In this document: positions 10,862-23,491 of the stretch, in pieces
Layout of the letters: each line of letters opens with the position of its first letter
Position numbering within the stretch: position 1 is the first letter of the stretch
Notes under the pieces: generated by a model
Seen by the model: only the letters and a program-made list of their open reading frames with translations
Database searches by the model: none
What the model was told of the DNA's origin: nothing
Program-made: the position numbers and the translations under genes
NCBI RefSeq assembly: GCF_964204645.1
Contig: NC_134027.1
Span: 23,646,560-23,710,559, forward strand
Reading direction: 5' to 3'
DNA: 64,000 nucleotides
DNA from: Tubulanus polymorphus
Lineage: Eukaryota > Animalia > Nemertea

Positions 10862-11892
10862 TGTTCACGCGGGAAGAATTAACTCTTGAAGGTGTTGACT
10901 GAATGCGTCAAAAGACTAACGCAAATTAAAGCCATGTCCTATCTATTGAAGTTTCCAATGTATAGCTGTTCGCAACAGATGAAAAGTATATTTTCGCAAA
11001 TGTAACTCAGATTTTGTTAAATTATTACGTAAAATATGAATTTAACTAGATTGAATATTAATATTCGTTGTTGAAGAATTCACTAAGAATAAAATGGCGA
11101 AGTCTCTCATAGTAAAAGATCTGAACAGATTGGGAATAGTTTGCACACGTTTTCAATTCGCTCTAAGGGAGGTGAGAATGATTTCACAATATGAATCCCA
11201 GCCTGAAATAATGATAATCACACCCGGAAGTAAACTAGGGCTACTAACGCTCGCGCGCCATCTGTCGGTACTCAATGCGGAGAGCCCCGGCATTGGATTG
11301 CACAACAATCTCAGATACCGGAGGTCCCGAGCTAAGGCCCTGAATTAGTTTTAATCATCTTTTTGTGGTCACTGTATTGTATACCGTGTTTGTTATCCTA
11401 TTGTATTATTATATATTCTTACGCGCGTGCTATCATGCTTTTCACAGAAAATTCTGAACTGATTATGGCACTCCCATTTCTCAAATCTCGAGGACCCGAC
11501 TGAGTAACATGCGTATTAGACATTATAGACGAAAGTTATTTCCTATGAAAAACCCAAACTTAAACGTATCTTAAGTAAGTATTTTGATTTCTGCGTAATT
11601 CAGAAATAACGTCTTTGTTGGATCTAGTGAATATGATACAGATGTGCAGAATAGAATATCGATGTCCCAAGTTGTGTATATATTGATCTATATATATGTA
11701 ATATAAAGGGATTCAAGTAATTCAATTCTTCTTGATCGAAACTGATATAAATGATAAAGGATCTAAAAAACCAATATCTAATACAACGAAAACTCAACTC
11801 TAAATCGAATCAACTTTCCTCCGGTTTTCGAATAAGATTCACAATAGAATAATCGAACTGTTTTACAGAGATTGCCGCTCACAGCTAATGAG

Positions 11893-12978
11893 ATGTTCGA
11901 TAACAACATTACTAGTACAACTGCTGCATTGACAACACTTCAACTCAGCTTGTGTCAAAGAATTCAAACTGATCCTGTTCGGTGGATTAACAAACTAAGC
12001 GTTTTTCTGTATTTAGGCTGGTACCTACCGGCGTCTGTATTGGGTTTAATATTCAACGCATTCACGTTGTTAGTTCTAAAACAATTTAAATCTGATAATT
12101 ATTTTCTCATCAAAATTCTCGCTTTGAACGATCTGTTATTCATGGCCACTACATTCATTCTGTATCCGCTGAGAACCGCGTACGTTTATGTCGTTTTAGG
12201 AGATCTTGTATTTCGCTGGAACGATTGGAATTTCGGTTGGATTTTCATCTCAGTCGCCATGCCGTTTTTCTACATGTTTCAAATGACACGTAACTGGTGC
12301 ACTGTACTGCTCAGTCTAGAGCGGTTAATCGTCGTATTGTTTCCAATCAAATCTCGCAGATTACCCAAAAGATTTATATCAAAATGGGTGACGGTGTTTA
12401 TTTCATTGGTAAGTTTTTGTGGACATTCTAGTCAATTCTTTCCTGTACGCCAACTTGGATTCTTGAACTGTCCAGTCAATTGGCCTTATATTACGCTCCG
12501 CACAAAGAAATATCAGTATTTTGATCGATGGGGTCTAGAAAAATGGCGTTTTCTTATATCCGACAGATATCTATTCAAGTATGTTACTGTATTGATCCCA
12601 ATTTGTTTTTTGATTTTCATCAATGTTATTCTTATTTCGGTGACATTTTTGCGTCGGGTTACTCGACGTTCAGAGCTCGGTGTAACTGATGAATCCTCTA
12701 GAAAGGAAACGAGGGTTTTAAGAATGGTTTTATCAGTGGTTTTGCTGTTTATTTTTTGCGAAGGTTTTGGTTTCATTGATCGTTTAATGAGTTTGAAATA
12801 TATCCACAAGTTTGAAGGCATGACACTTATAGCGTTGGGATTTTCAATCATCGATTCGTCAGTAAATTTTATCGTGTATTGCGCCACAAACGAAAAATTC
12901 AGGAAAGTAGCTATTGATATTCTGAGAAACACCCGATACAGAAAACTGGATTCTAGGGCCCACAGACAGCAAATCTAA
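11893..12978 (+). CDS. Class A GPCR, receptor B copy 3
   Basis: Paralog of B1/B2, open frame, first ATG 11893, TAA stop. Confidence 0.9.
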   Translation: MFDNNITSTTAALTTLQLSLCQRIQTDPVRWINKLSVFLYLGWYLPASVLGLIFNAFTLLVLKQFKSDNYFLIKILALNDLLFMATTFILYPLRTAYVYVVLGDLVFRWNDWNFGWIFISVAMPFFYMFQMTRNWCTVLLSLERLIVVLFPIKSRRLPKRFISKWVTVFISLVSFCGHSSQFFPVRQLGFLNCPVNWPYITLRTKKYQYFDRWGLEKWRFLISDRYLFKYVTVLIPICFLIFINVILISVTFLRRVTRRSELGVTDESSRKETRVLRMVLSVVLLFIFCEGFGFIDRLMSLKYIHKFEGMTLIALGFSIIDSSVNFIVYCATNEKFRKVAIDILRNTRYRKLDSRAHRQQI

Positions 12979-15607
12979 TATGGGATCATTCATTTATTAC
13001 GTGCGCATAAAATTTGAATTTTTCAACCCCCCTCCCCCTATACGCAAAATCGGCCATTTTTTCTTATATATTAAGCATTACACTAAGCAATTGCACTGAC
13101 CCCTCCCCCTCCCCTAATGCGTACGTAATAAATGAATGACCCCTAGCTGAATTAGACTAAGATTTTTTATGTCATAAGGAGATAATAACACAAAAACAGC
13201 CATACAAACCCTGATATCCGTTTATCGTATTCAAAACATTGAACGGTAAAGAATTTGGAACGATTTTTTTCACTAGCGTGAACGCTTGGTCCATTCTTAG
13301 TTTGCACGGGCTGAATTTAGAACGTTCTCAATTTTAATGTGAACGCGACTGATTCTGTGCGCATCAGCAGAATGTGTTATCCTCCTCAAGGTTAGAGACA
13401 ATTTCTAAAAGATTTCTAATATTATGTATATTCGCTTCATCGAGTGCATTTACAAATGTTATTGCTATATAATGTTATATAATATATAATGTGTTACTGT
13501 ATAAGTCTTCACTAAAAAGTACATTACAAAAATACAGTCATCACTAATACATACAACAAAGAATGTATTTTCTAAAGCGTAGTAAAGAAAAAGGACAAAA
13601 AGGGACTCCAAGGGGTATTCCTGTAATAAAAAGCCTAATGCCCTGGCGGAATAATCGGACAGGAAGATGAACAACAAATAGATATCAAATAGAAAATATA
13701 GCGGCAAAGCAAAGATAACAGAATCGACTGGGAACCGACCGGAGCCGACCGGAACTGACTAGTGCGGACTGGAACCGACTGGAAACCGAATTACATGATT
13801 ACTTATAAAGACTTTTTTATTGCTTTTTCAGGTTCAAGCTTCCCTCATACTAATTATTTTTTTATCATTGTAATATTGACATCATTCAGTACTTCGACGA
13901 AGGGAGATGAACTTTTTAATTTTTTTTATCAAGTTCAAAAGCTTAAAACGAAAAAGCAATCCATCAAAACTATAACGCTCAACTGATGGAAAATTGATTT
14001 GATTCCAAAAACTTCGTCGCCAGACCTGGGCATTCTAGTCAATTCTTTCCTGTACGCCAACTTGGATTCTTGCACTGTCCAGTCAATTGGCCTTATATTA
14101 CGCTCCGCACAAAGAAATATCAGTATTTTGATCGATGGGGTCTGGAAAAATGGCGTTTTCTTATATCTGACAGATATCTATTCATGTATGTTACTGTATT
14201 GATCCCAATTTGTTTTTTGATTTTCATCAATGTTATTCTTATTTCGGTGACATTTTTGCGTCGGGTTACTCGACGTTCAGAGCTCGGTGTAACTGATGAA
14301 TCCTCTAGAAGGGAAACGAGGGTTTTAAGAATGGTTTTATCAGTGGTTTTGCTGTTTATTTTTTGCGAAGGTTTTGGTTTCATTGATCGTTTAATGAGTT
14401 TGAAATATATCCACAAGTTTGAAGGCATGACACTTATAGCGTTGGGATTTTCAATCATCGATTCGTCAGTAAATTTTATCGTGTATTGCGCCACAAACGA
14501 AAAATTTAGGAAAGTAGCTATTGATATTCTGAGAAACACCCGATACAGAAAACTGGATTCTAGGGCCCACAGACAGCAAATCTAATATGGGATCATTCAT
14601 TTATTGCGTGCGCATAAAATTTGAATTTTTCAACCCCCTCCCCCTATACGCAAAATCGGCCATTTTTTCTTATATATTAAGCATTACACTACGCAATTGC
14701 ACTAACCCCCCCCCCCCTCCCCTAATGCGTACGTAATAAATGAATGACCCCTAGCTGAATTAGACTAAGATTTTGTATGTCGTAAGGAGCTAATAACACA
14801 AAAACAGCCATACAAACCCTGATATCCGTTTATCGTATTCAAAACAATGAACGGTATAGAATTTGGAACGATTTTTTTGCACGGGCTGAATTTAGAACGT
14901 TCTCAATTTTAATGTGAACGCGACTGATTCTGTGCGCATCAGCAGAATGTGTTATCCTCCTCAAGGTTAGAGACAATTTCTAAAAGATTTCTAATATTAT
15001 GTATATTCGCTTCATCGAGTGCATTTACAAATGTTATTGCTATATAATGTTATATAATATATAATGTGTTACTGTATAAGTCTTCACTAAAAAGTACATT
15101 ACAAAAATACAGTCATCACTAATACATACAACAAAGAATGTATTTTCTAAAGCGTAGTAAAGAAAAAGGACAAAAAGGGACTCCAAGGGGTATTCCTGTA
15201 ATAAAAAGCCTAATGCCCTGGCGGAATAATCGGACAGGAAGATGAACAACAAATAGATATCAAATAGAAAATATAGCGGCAAAGCAAAGATAACAGAATC
15301 GACTGGGAACCGACCGGAGCCGACCGGAACTGACTAGTGCGGACTGGAACCGACTGGAAACCGAATTACATGATTACTCATAAAGACTTTTTTATTGCTT
15401 TTTCAAGTTCAAGCTTCCCTCATACTAATTATTTTTTTATCATTGTAATATTGACATCATTCAGTACTTCGACGAAGGGAGATGAACTTTTTAATTTTTT
15501 TTATCAAGTTCAAAAGCTTAAAACGAAAAAGCAATCCATCAAAACTATAACGCTCAACTGATGGAAAATTGATTTGATTCCAAAAACTTCGTCGCCAGAC
15601 CTGGGCA
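12424..15607. repeat. Secondary tandem duplication of ~1.6 kb (12424-14030 / 14031-15607)
   Basis: ORFs 13465/15040 and 13762/15337 are duplicated; the junction AGACCTGGG|CATTCTAG is at 14030/14031; the second copy ends CTGGGCA at 15607. Confidence 0.93.
14031..14585 (+). pseudogene. 5'-truncated copy of receptor B (end of TM4/ECL2 to C-terminus only)
   Basis: Homology to B3 begins abruptly at CATTCTAGT (14031 = 12424 in B3). There is an in-frame TGA at 13995-13997 and no in-frame ATG before the junction; TM1-TM4 are missing. Confidence 0.85.
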
Positions 15608-16135
15608 AAGAAAAGGGGCGAAAAATGCGAAAACCGTATCCAATCATGAACGGCAAAAAAATTAATTGACTCTTAATATGTTTATCATTTGATTGTTTTT
15701 TAAAAGCAATTTACGTTTTGAACTCAGCTGTGGTGCCTGGCACCAAAAAAATTTTTTATTATATCAAGCGTTAGTGGTTCGTTTCAGGTGACGATAAGTT
15801 GTCCAATATGATAGTACATCGGATTTTCAAAACGGAAAAAATGCTACTACATGTACCAGAAAAAACACGTGAATAATGTAAATAAACGTAACATGTTTTG
15901 AACACATATAGTAATAAAATAAATATATAATAATAGAATTTGATACATAATGATGTAACTAACATTACATGAGAAAAATCATGTTTGATGACAGGAGCAT
16001 TTTTATTATCGTCTTTTGAACTTGTAAAAAATTTTAAAAAGTTTTTCTCTGCTAAACTGACCAATAATAGAGTACGATTGGAGGCAAACGGATTCTCCGT
16101 TCTGATAGAAGAGTATGCCCTTTGAGTAATCAGCT

Positions 16136-16193
16136 CCATCCAGTCGGTTTCCAGTCGGTTCCGGTCGGCTCCGGTCGGTTTTTGGTAGGGGCT
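16136..16193 (-). mobile_element. Right end (inverted TIR plus subterminal repeats) of the same element
   Basis: CCAGTCGGTTTCCAGTCGGTTCCGGTCGGCTCCGGTCGGTTTTTGGTAGGGGCT followed by TTGTCTG (16194-16200). Confidence 0.7.
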
Positions 16194-17381
16194 TTGTCTG
16201 ACAATAAGCAATTCTAAGTTTAAAATATAATGGACAGGACATTTAAATAGCATTTGCTAGTTCAGAGTGATTGTTATATTCCTGAATCCGATCAGAATTA
16301 AACATTTCATCCAGAAGCTGTTAGTTGTCGAATCCGATAGAATTTATGTTCGAAAAATAAGTGGTATATGATAATAATGATAATCAACAAAATTACGAGA
16401 GGGTTTTCTGCGATGTACAAAAAACCCTAATTAGACATCACTATCGCTTGTAAATTATGTAGGAAACAACGCTCGGTAAACCAAGCCTAACTCGCAAAAC
16501 GAGAATACAGCAATTTCAATCAAATCGGTAATTAAATGAATGGTTTGAACATAGCGAACCACGTACCGAGTCGAATATGTCTATTCGAAATCGTCAGATA
16601 TTCTCATCATTAATACCGCGCTTTGTGATTTCTTGGTGTGCGTTTATCTGTTTCTGATCGCTGCGACGGATCATGTTTACAAAGGTAGTTATTTTCAGAA
16701 TTCTGAAACTTGGACCTGAAATTTTTCATACAGTGTTACTGGAATTGTGGTAACGATATCTTGCGAAGGCTCTTTAACATTTCTCCTCCTCACACGTCCA
16801 GATATTCAAACATTCAACATCCATTTCCCGGTAGCCCGCTTCCATCCACACAAAAAAAATGTTTCGATTCTGTCCGGTTTATGCTGGATGAGTTCGATTG
16901 CTTTTCTGCCACTGTCTCGGCCTAATTTCCGAATTTTCTGATGGCCATATCCCAAAAAGGTGATGCCGAGCATATCGAATACACATACACGTTAAGTTAT
17001 ATATTACCATTCCCTAGAGCTTTGACAGAAATGAGTAAATTATCTAAAGGACGTGCCGTACTGTAGATAGGTACGTGTACATTCAGAGATATTCCTCATC
17101 ATTACGCTCATAGTAAGTTTGAATTATATGTATCTATCATGAATTTTAGCAGTTTTTTTTTCATCCATATATTACACCGTTTAAAAACTTGTTTCCTTTG
17201 TTTATGTTATCTCTACGCGATTTGAAATTTTTCCGTGGTACAATAAACTTTAACTGAATTTCTAATTCAACCTACAAAGCTTGGATGTACATGTAAGATG
17301 AAACATTACATGCTTTAGCTTCAAGCGGGGTCTGCCATTTAGAGTTTCAGGTATGAATAAATGACTATACATTAGCATCTC

Positions 17382-18518
17382 ATGTCTCCCTCGGATTCAA
17401 ACCAGTCGAACAGGAATATCAACACAATGTCTTCCACAGATGCGCATAACATAAGCCGAGAATGTCGCCGGAGCCCGCACTTCTACATGAAGCAGTTTCA
17501 TTACATGTACATGATTGGTCCGATAGGATTGATAGGATTGGCCGTGAATATAATTTGCGCGTTAGTTCTGCAGCGATCGTACAGACGAAATAACTCTTCA
17601 GCATTTTACACTTTGCTGATCCTGTCGATATCCGACATCGGAGTTTGCATTGCCACGTTCATGTACCATGACGGCGTTATCCTGGTGAAGTTCCTCTATT
17701 ACGAGCCCGATATAGTTCTCAATGCTAGTTTTGACGTTGGCTCATTCACGATGTATGTAATAAGTAATAACTTGTTACAGATGTTTTGGCGGTGGCGGAA
17801 TCTGCTCACACTGATGGTGTCATTCGATCGTTTTGTACATATCTATGTCCCTTTATGGTCGCGAAAATACTGGAAAATCAAGCAATGTTCAATATTTGCG
17901 TTGACTACTTTCGTAGTTTTTGCGATGTTTCACATTTTCTATGCCACTTTGGTATTCGTACCTATACCTATTACGCATCCTTGTTACAAAGGTTTGGTCC
18001 TTCGAAAACAGAACAATATATTCAAAGGCAAAAACTTGCGTTTCATCGTCGATATGACACATCTATATCTACCATCAATTGGAATTGGGCTTTGCACATC
18101 ACTTCTGTTGTATCGATTACTAACGTATTCGAGTAAACAGGCGATTGAAGTAGGAGCTGCTTCAGGCAAAAAGTCTATCGATATCCAAAGTACGATCATG
18201 ATTGTGGCGGCTGCCGTTCTTTTCATCTGTAGCAGCATTCCGCAAATGGTTATAAACACAGTGGAACGATTTCCATACCTGATGAATCTAGACAAACAAC
18301 AGGACCCAATTCGTTGGTCGAGGATTTGGGGACTTTTATATTTGACGAATGAATATTCGAACGCCATGAACTCGACTTTCAATGGTATCTTTTATTTCAT
18401 TCTAAGTTCGAATTTCCGCAAAGAAACTCGAAAACTTTTTGATTGTGGCCAAGATCGAATTTATCTTACGATGAAAACGTGCGTTTACGCATGTTTCTTT
18501 GACGAAAGGCTGACGTAA
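17382..18518 (+). CDS. Class A GPCR, receptor C, intronless, single copy
   Basis: 378-aa ORF with N-terminal NQS sequon, GLAVN (TM1), LSISD (TM2), SFDRF (TM3), ICSSIP (TM6), NSTFNGIFY (TM7), SSNFR helix 8. Confidence 0.92.
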   Translation: MSPSDSNQSNRNINTMSSTDAHNISRECRRSPHFYMKQFHYMYMIGPIGLIGLAVNIICALVLQRSYRRNNSSAFYTLLILSISDIGVCIATFMYHDGVILVKFLYYEPDIVLNASFDVGSFTMYVISNNLLQMFWRWRNLLTLMVSFDRFVHIYVPLWSRKYWKIKQCSIFALTTFVVFAMFHIFYATLVFVPIPITHPCYKGLVLRKQNNIFKGKNLRFIVDMTHLYLPSIGIGLCTSLLLYRLLTYSSKQAIEVGAASGKKSIDIQSTIMIVAAAVLFICSSIPQMVINTVERFPYLMNLDKQQDPIRWSRIWGLLYLTNEYSNAMNSTFNGIFYFILSSNFRKETRKLFDCGQDRIYLTMKTCVYACFFDERLT

Positions 18519-21500
18519 ACTACGACCTGTCCGAGTATTGATCTGGCCTTTCGTAGCGCGGACGACGGTAACTGGTGAATTTTCGGACAATCTAGGTCAA
18601 TCCTGATATTATTTACCCATTATCTGAGGGAATAACTAACAATGATGCAACTCCCGAAGGCCTGTTCGTTGAAACTAACAGGTATTTTCAAAAATGAGTT
18701 CCCCCCATAAAATAGCTAGGCCTATCAACAAAATCAGTTAAGACCACAAAAGAAAGTAATAAATCAATTTGCTGTGTTTATTTGGCTTTAATCTACACGT
18801 TGATCTGCCAAGTGTATTTGCATCAGAAACTTTCTTTGAAAGAAAAAATGATGGGTAACAGAACTCACTGGTGTATCAACTTCCATTTACATCGGTATAT
18901 CGGGTTCCTCTGTATATTGACTTTTGCTCACACTTGTCATATCGGCTTCCTTCCACTGGTATATCGACTTAACACCCAATTAAACTCATTAAATCGACTT
19001 GCACAATGATATCTAGTTCCATCATTAGTACCAGTAAAATATTTATATCATATATTTAACGGAGTACCCAGTAAGAAATATCCCTGGTTGCTATCACAAG
19101 GTACCTGCATTTGCTGCATTTCACGTAAATTTCAAATACAAATCCGTCCAGTTGTCCAATTATTAACTGAATACTGTTGTTTCATATCGCTGCCCTTTAT
19201 TAAAACGATACACAATAAACACGCATATTTTTTCATAGTTCGCACAGCCTCACGCACGATGCTTAATCAAGGTTTACAGAGATGTACTTTTGCAGCCATA
19301 CTCAATCTCTTTTTGGTAGGTGGTGCCAGTGGCCTGGAACAGTGAACCAGGGTCGGCGGAGCCGGGCCAATAATTAAATTATTTTGCCGTTGATTTTTTC
19401 TTTTGAAAACGTATTTGTGATCGACTTTGAAACAGGCGTCTAAAACGATCCGTAGCATCATTTACAAGCAAAGTGACTCAATTGACCTGAATCAGGATAA
19501 CTATGGTCTCACACTCCAGGAGCCTTCGAAATGCAACCATTTAAAAGAAATTTTCCGGGAAACCCAACCCCCCCCCCCCCCCCCAACCCTCGAAAGAATA
19601 TAGCCGCGCATTTTTCACCCTGTAAAGCGCCGTCGGATATGAACCAGGCCAATGTCATCTTGCTTACGTTGGCCTATCTGCCGATGTTGGATAGAAGATA
19701 ACAAAAAGTATGTCGAGTTAGGAATTGAAATGATCATCTAGGGGTGGTTTCACGGGATAGGACCCGCCTTCCCAGAGGTTTCTTTTTTTGCGTCAAAGGC
19801 AGAGCTTTAGACTGTGCTTAATTTGACACTCATCTTCTCGGAATTCTCTTCTGTATTATATATGTCTTTCTAAAAATCGAGTAGCCTAATGTTCGACCTA
19901 TGTCCGAATGTATTTCCTTTCTTCTGGGCACCAGCCTTCTCAACAGTCATTTCCATTTTGATATTCGATGAAATGCCGGTCCCGCATTCCATTTCTGAAA
20001 ATCCATATTGACTAATATATACATATTGCAGGACGCCGCGTTAAGAACCCCGACTCTTCCAGCCCTTGAGTTCACAGAAATCACGCTACGGTGCTAAGCC
20101 CGCGGTACTTGATTAGCTCTTAGACTGGTGCCTGTCCCAAATATTTGAAAATACCACTTAACCAGTCGAATTAGTTGTTAGAAACGCTTGTAGATTGGTG
20201 GAACCACTATACCGTCCCCTAGCGTGATTGCTGCGAATTGATTTAATACCACGCTCACTGGTGTCCCAGTAGTACAAGGACCATGCGGGCAACGCGGCAG
20301 GGATTCGAGTTGGCGTCAGGTTTGAATCCAAGAGGAGGGGACGAGCCACGTTGGCCCCAGATTCAGAAATATCACTAAGAAACGATTAACATATCGAATT
20401 TCCATATTTTATTTGCCGATCGCAGGTTTTACATGAAATGATAACACCAGAATTTATGCACAACATGTTCAGTTAGTTATTAAGACGAGTTAGTACCGTA
20501 ATATCTTGTTATAATCTTGTAATATCAATTGTTTTCATCCTTAAAATCAGTGTCTAAACGCATCTAATACAAACGTTATATGATACGTAGCAAGCAAATC
20601 TCTAGCTTAGAATTAAGATAGACCTAAAGCTTTTTCGTGGTTAATATTTAGGAAAATCATCGGGTTCAATTTCACGAAAAGGTATCCATTAATGGTTTAA
20701 ACATTTGAATGGCCGACCGGTCAGTTTCAAGACGAAAAGGCTTCCTACAAATTTTGGTCCTAAACTATGATCGGTCCGAACGAATTAAGAAATTCTACGG
20801 AATCACAGTAAGGAGAAAAATACCAGTAAATTCAAGCACGGGGCATTTATTATTGACGTAATTGATGATAGTCACTAAAATGAACTAGTAATATGTATTT
20901 CCTGCGAAACCAGTAACTGACTAAAACTGTTTTGAACTCAATCAACGAATTAAACTAATTAAAACTGGCTTAAGACTAAAAGCCCATTTTAGGTGTTTAT
21001 TCGAGACAGTGGAATCGGTTTTATGAGTAGAAGAAATGAGACTCGTTTATAGATCGAAGCCACAATTAGGAATTAAGAGATGGATAAAGATAGATCCTTC
21101 TTGATTCAAAACTTCGTAGGTAAAAATCCCCAGTTAACGATTTCAAAGAACTGTGGGATCATCTTCACTATCAATGACATGTTAATTTGTGTTATTTTTC
21201 AATTCAAAATGTAAAATAACTTGTATGCTCATCATATTCTTACGTTATACCGTACAGCAAAATATGAATAAATTGAATTCATATACACATCGATATGAAT
21301 AAATTGACCCTAGGATTGTATCTACTTGCACTCAATTTCAAAAGTTGCAGGATCTCTCTACAATCATGTACCCACTTTGAAGAATTGGGTATTTTTACCG
21401 CCAACCCGTCTACCCTGACTACATTGCGGAACCGGGGCACTAGCCTGTAATTTCGAAAATCTATATTGGCGCCGCGTGGAAAACCTCTTCGACGGAAATT

Positions 21501-22535
21501 TCAGCCGAAACCAAACGAATCCATGCATATATACATGAAATATAACACAATAGCCTCTTGAGGGTAAGACCGAAATAACCACGAAGAGAGAAATCAGGAA
21601 AAAAAATAATCAGAAAACTTCAATCAATTTTTTATTCTATATAAATTTCGTAAATAAATTTTTTTTCTCTTCAAATATTATTATCATCATTTATATTCAA
21701 TACTATTATTATAATTCCAAAAAGTAATCTTTAAAAAAAACATTCTTTATCGATTTATTTCATTCCAGGTCGTTTATGTTGTCCGTCAAATTTTCATCGA
21801 AATCCCATATATATACATGTACTGCGAAAGTTTGACAAATTCGGCGTTTAAATTCATTACTACGTCGGATTGCGCAATCACAACAATACCATAACTAGGC
21901 CAGAAGAAATTAAGTCTTATCGTTCGTTGTCGGGCACATATCCTAAAATAAATTAAATCAATACAAACAGAACTCCATCCATATATGATCCGTTGAAAAC
22001 ACGAGAACCAATTCTTCTACAAAACACTAACTCTATACTCGAATCTATTCATTGATAACAATATTCTATCCGACTTTTAAAGCCATTGAAAAACAAATCG
22101 TGGATTTAACTCGGCTCTATGGGGCCAATGGTAAAACTGAAGACTAGTAAAAATCGAGCATAAAGATGAAAGTGAAAGCTCATTCTGCAGTTTGTCATCA
22201 TTTTTTGAGGTGGAATTATTAACGACATTGACTGAACAAGCATATTTTTTGGGGAGTCATCTTGTTGCCGCAAGTGAGCGACTTCAGAGAATGATAATGC
22301 CAATCTACACACTATTAAAGAATAAGTTATCAGGATCCAGCTTCGATTGCAAGTTCCCAAACTGATTTCACATTAGCACATAGATAAATGAATAAGAATC
22401 TAGGTTTGAAGATAATACTTTTACAATGAATCTAGCCTTTAAATACCTAAACCCACAAGGGGACCGTAATCACCTAAGGCATTATTAGTAGGTTTTCGAG
22501 ACCCAACGCATTTCTCACATGAATACCGAAAGATA

Positions 22536-23050
22536 CACGTGTAGATACAGATTATAGGATTTTCTTGCATGTGTAGATACAGAATACAGATTATCCCTCA
22601 TGTGTAGTAGATACAAAATACTTGATTTCCCCTTGCGTGTAGATACAGAATACGAGATCACCTCACGAGTGTAGATACAGAATACGGGATTGTTTCATAC
22701 CTGTAGACACAGAATACAGGATTGCCTGACTTGTGTAGATACAGAATACAGGATTGCCTGACATGTGTAGATACAGAATACGAGATCGCCTGACATGTGT
22801 AGATACAGAATACAGGATTGTCTGACATGTGTAGATACAGAATACAGGATTGCCCGACATGTGTAGATACAGAATACAGGATTGCCTGACATGTGTAGAT
22901 ACAGAATACAGGATTGCCCGACATATGTAGATACAGAATACAGGATTGCCTGACATGTGTAGATACAGAATACAGGATTACCTGACATGTGTAGATACAG
23001 AATAGGGGATCGCCTGACATGTGTAGATACAGGATACAGGATTATCTCTC
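22536..23050. repeat. 32-bp minisatellite (ATGTGTAGATACAGAATACAGGATTGCCTGAC), ~16 copies
   Basis: Direct reading; explains the repetitive ORFs at 22658-23020. Confidence 0.95.
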
Positions 23051-23284
23051 AGGTGTGCAGATTGGCTCCTTTAGTCGTAAAGATAGAAAAGTTTCGTATC
23101 GAAGCTTAATAAAATAAATGTTTGAAAAATCAACAACACCATTTAATTCATTTTATATCAGAACATGCTTCGCGTGCGATTACCACAAACAACTGATAAA
23201 ACTATTTTCATAACTATTTCGCGCTGGTGGGAAAATAAATTTGAACCAGATAATTACAAACTATCTTTCGACCCCAAACATACA

Positions 23285-23491
23285 TCATCCTGACTTGCCG
23301 AGGTTTGGTTGCTTCTCTTGTGGGCGCAACACTCCTCAGTAACTACGAGTTGTTCGTTTATTTCACCAATTAAAGGCCATGCACCATTAAAACAGCATAT
23401 TTTGCCAGATGAAAAATTGTACTTACAACCGCTTCAATTGGCTTTTCCGACTACATAGCCACGCAAACCAAATCTTGGCAAGTGAGGATGA
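23285..23491. mobile_element. ~200-bp MITE with ~28-bp TIRs and a 3-bp ACA flanking duplication
   Basis: TCATCCTGACTTGCCGAGGTTTGGTTGC ... GCAAACCAAATCTTGGCAAGTGAGGATGA; ACA at 23282-23284 and 23492-23494. Confidence 0.65.

Larger units (their letters stand above)
1..13790. repeat. Tandem segmental duplication, ~4.56-4.58 kb unit, about 3 copies (continues off the left edge)
   Basis: Position 1 ATAGCGGCAAAGTAGCG recurs at 4557 and 9126; ORF pairs repeat at offsets 4556-4581; homology ends at ACTGGAAACCGAA ~13790. Confidence 0.95.
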
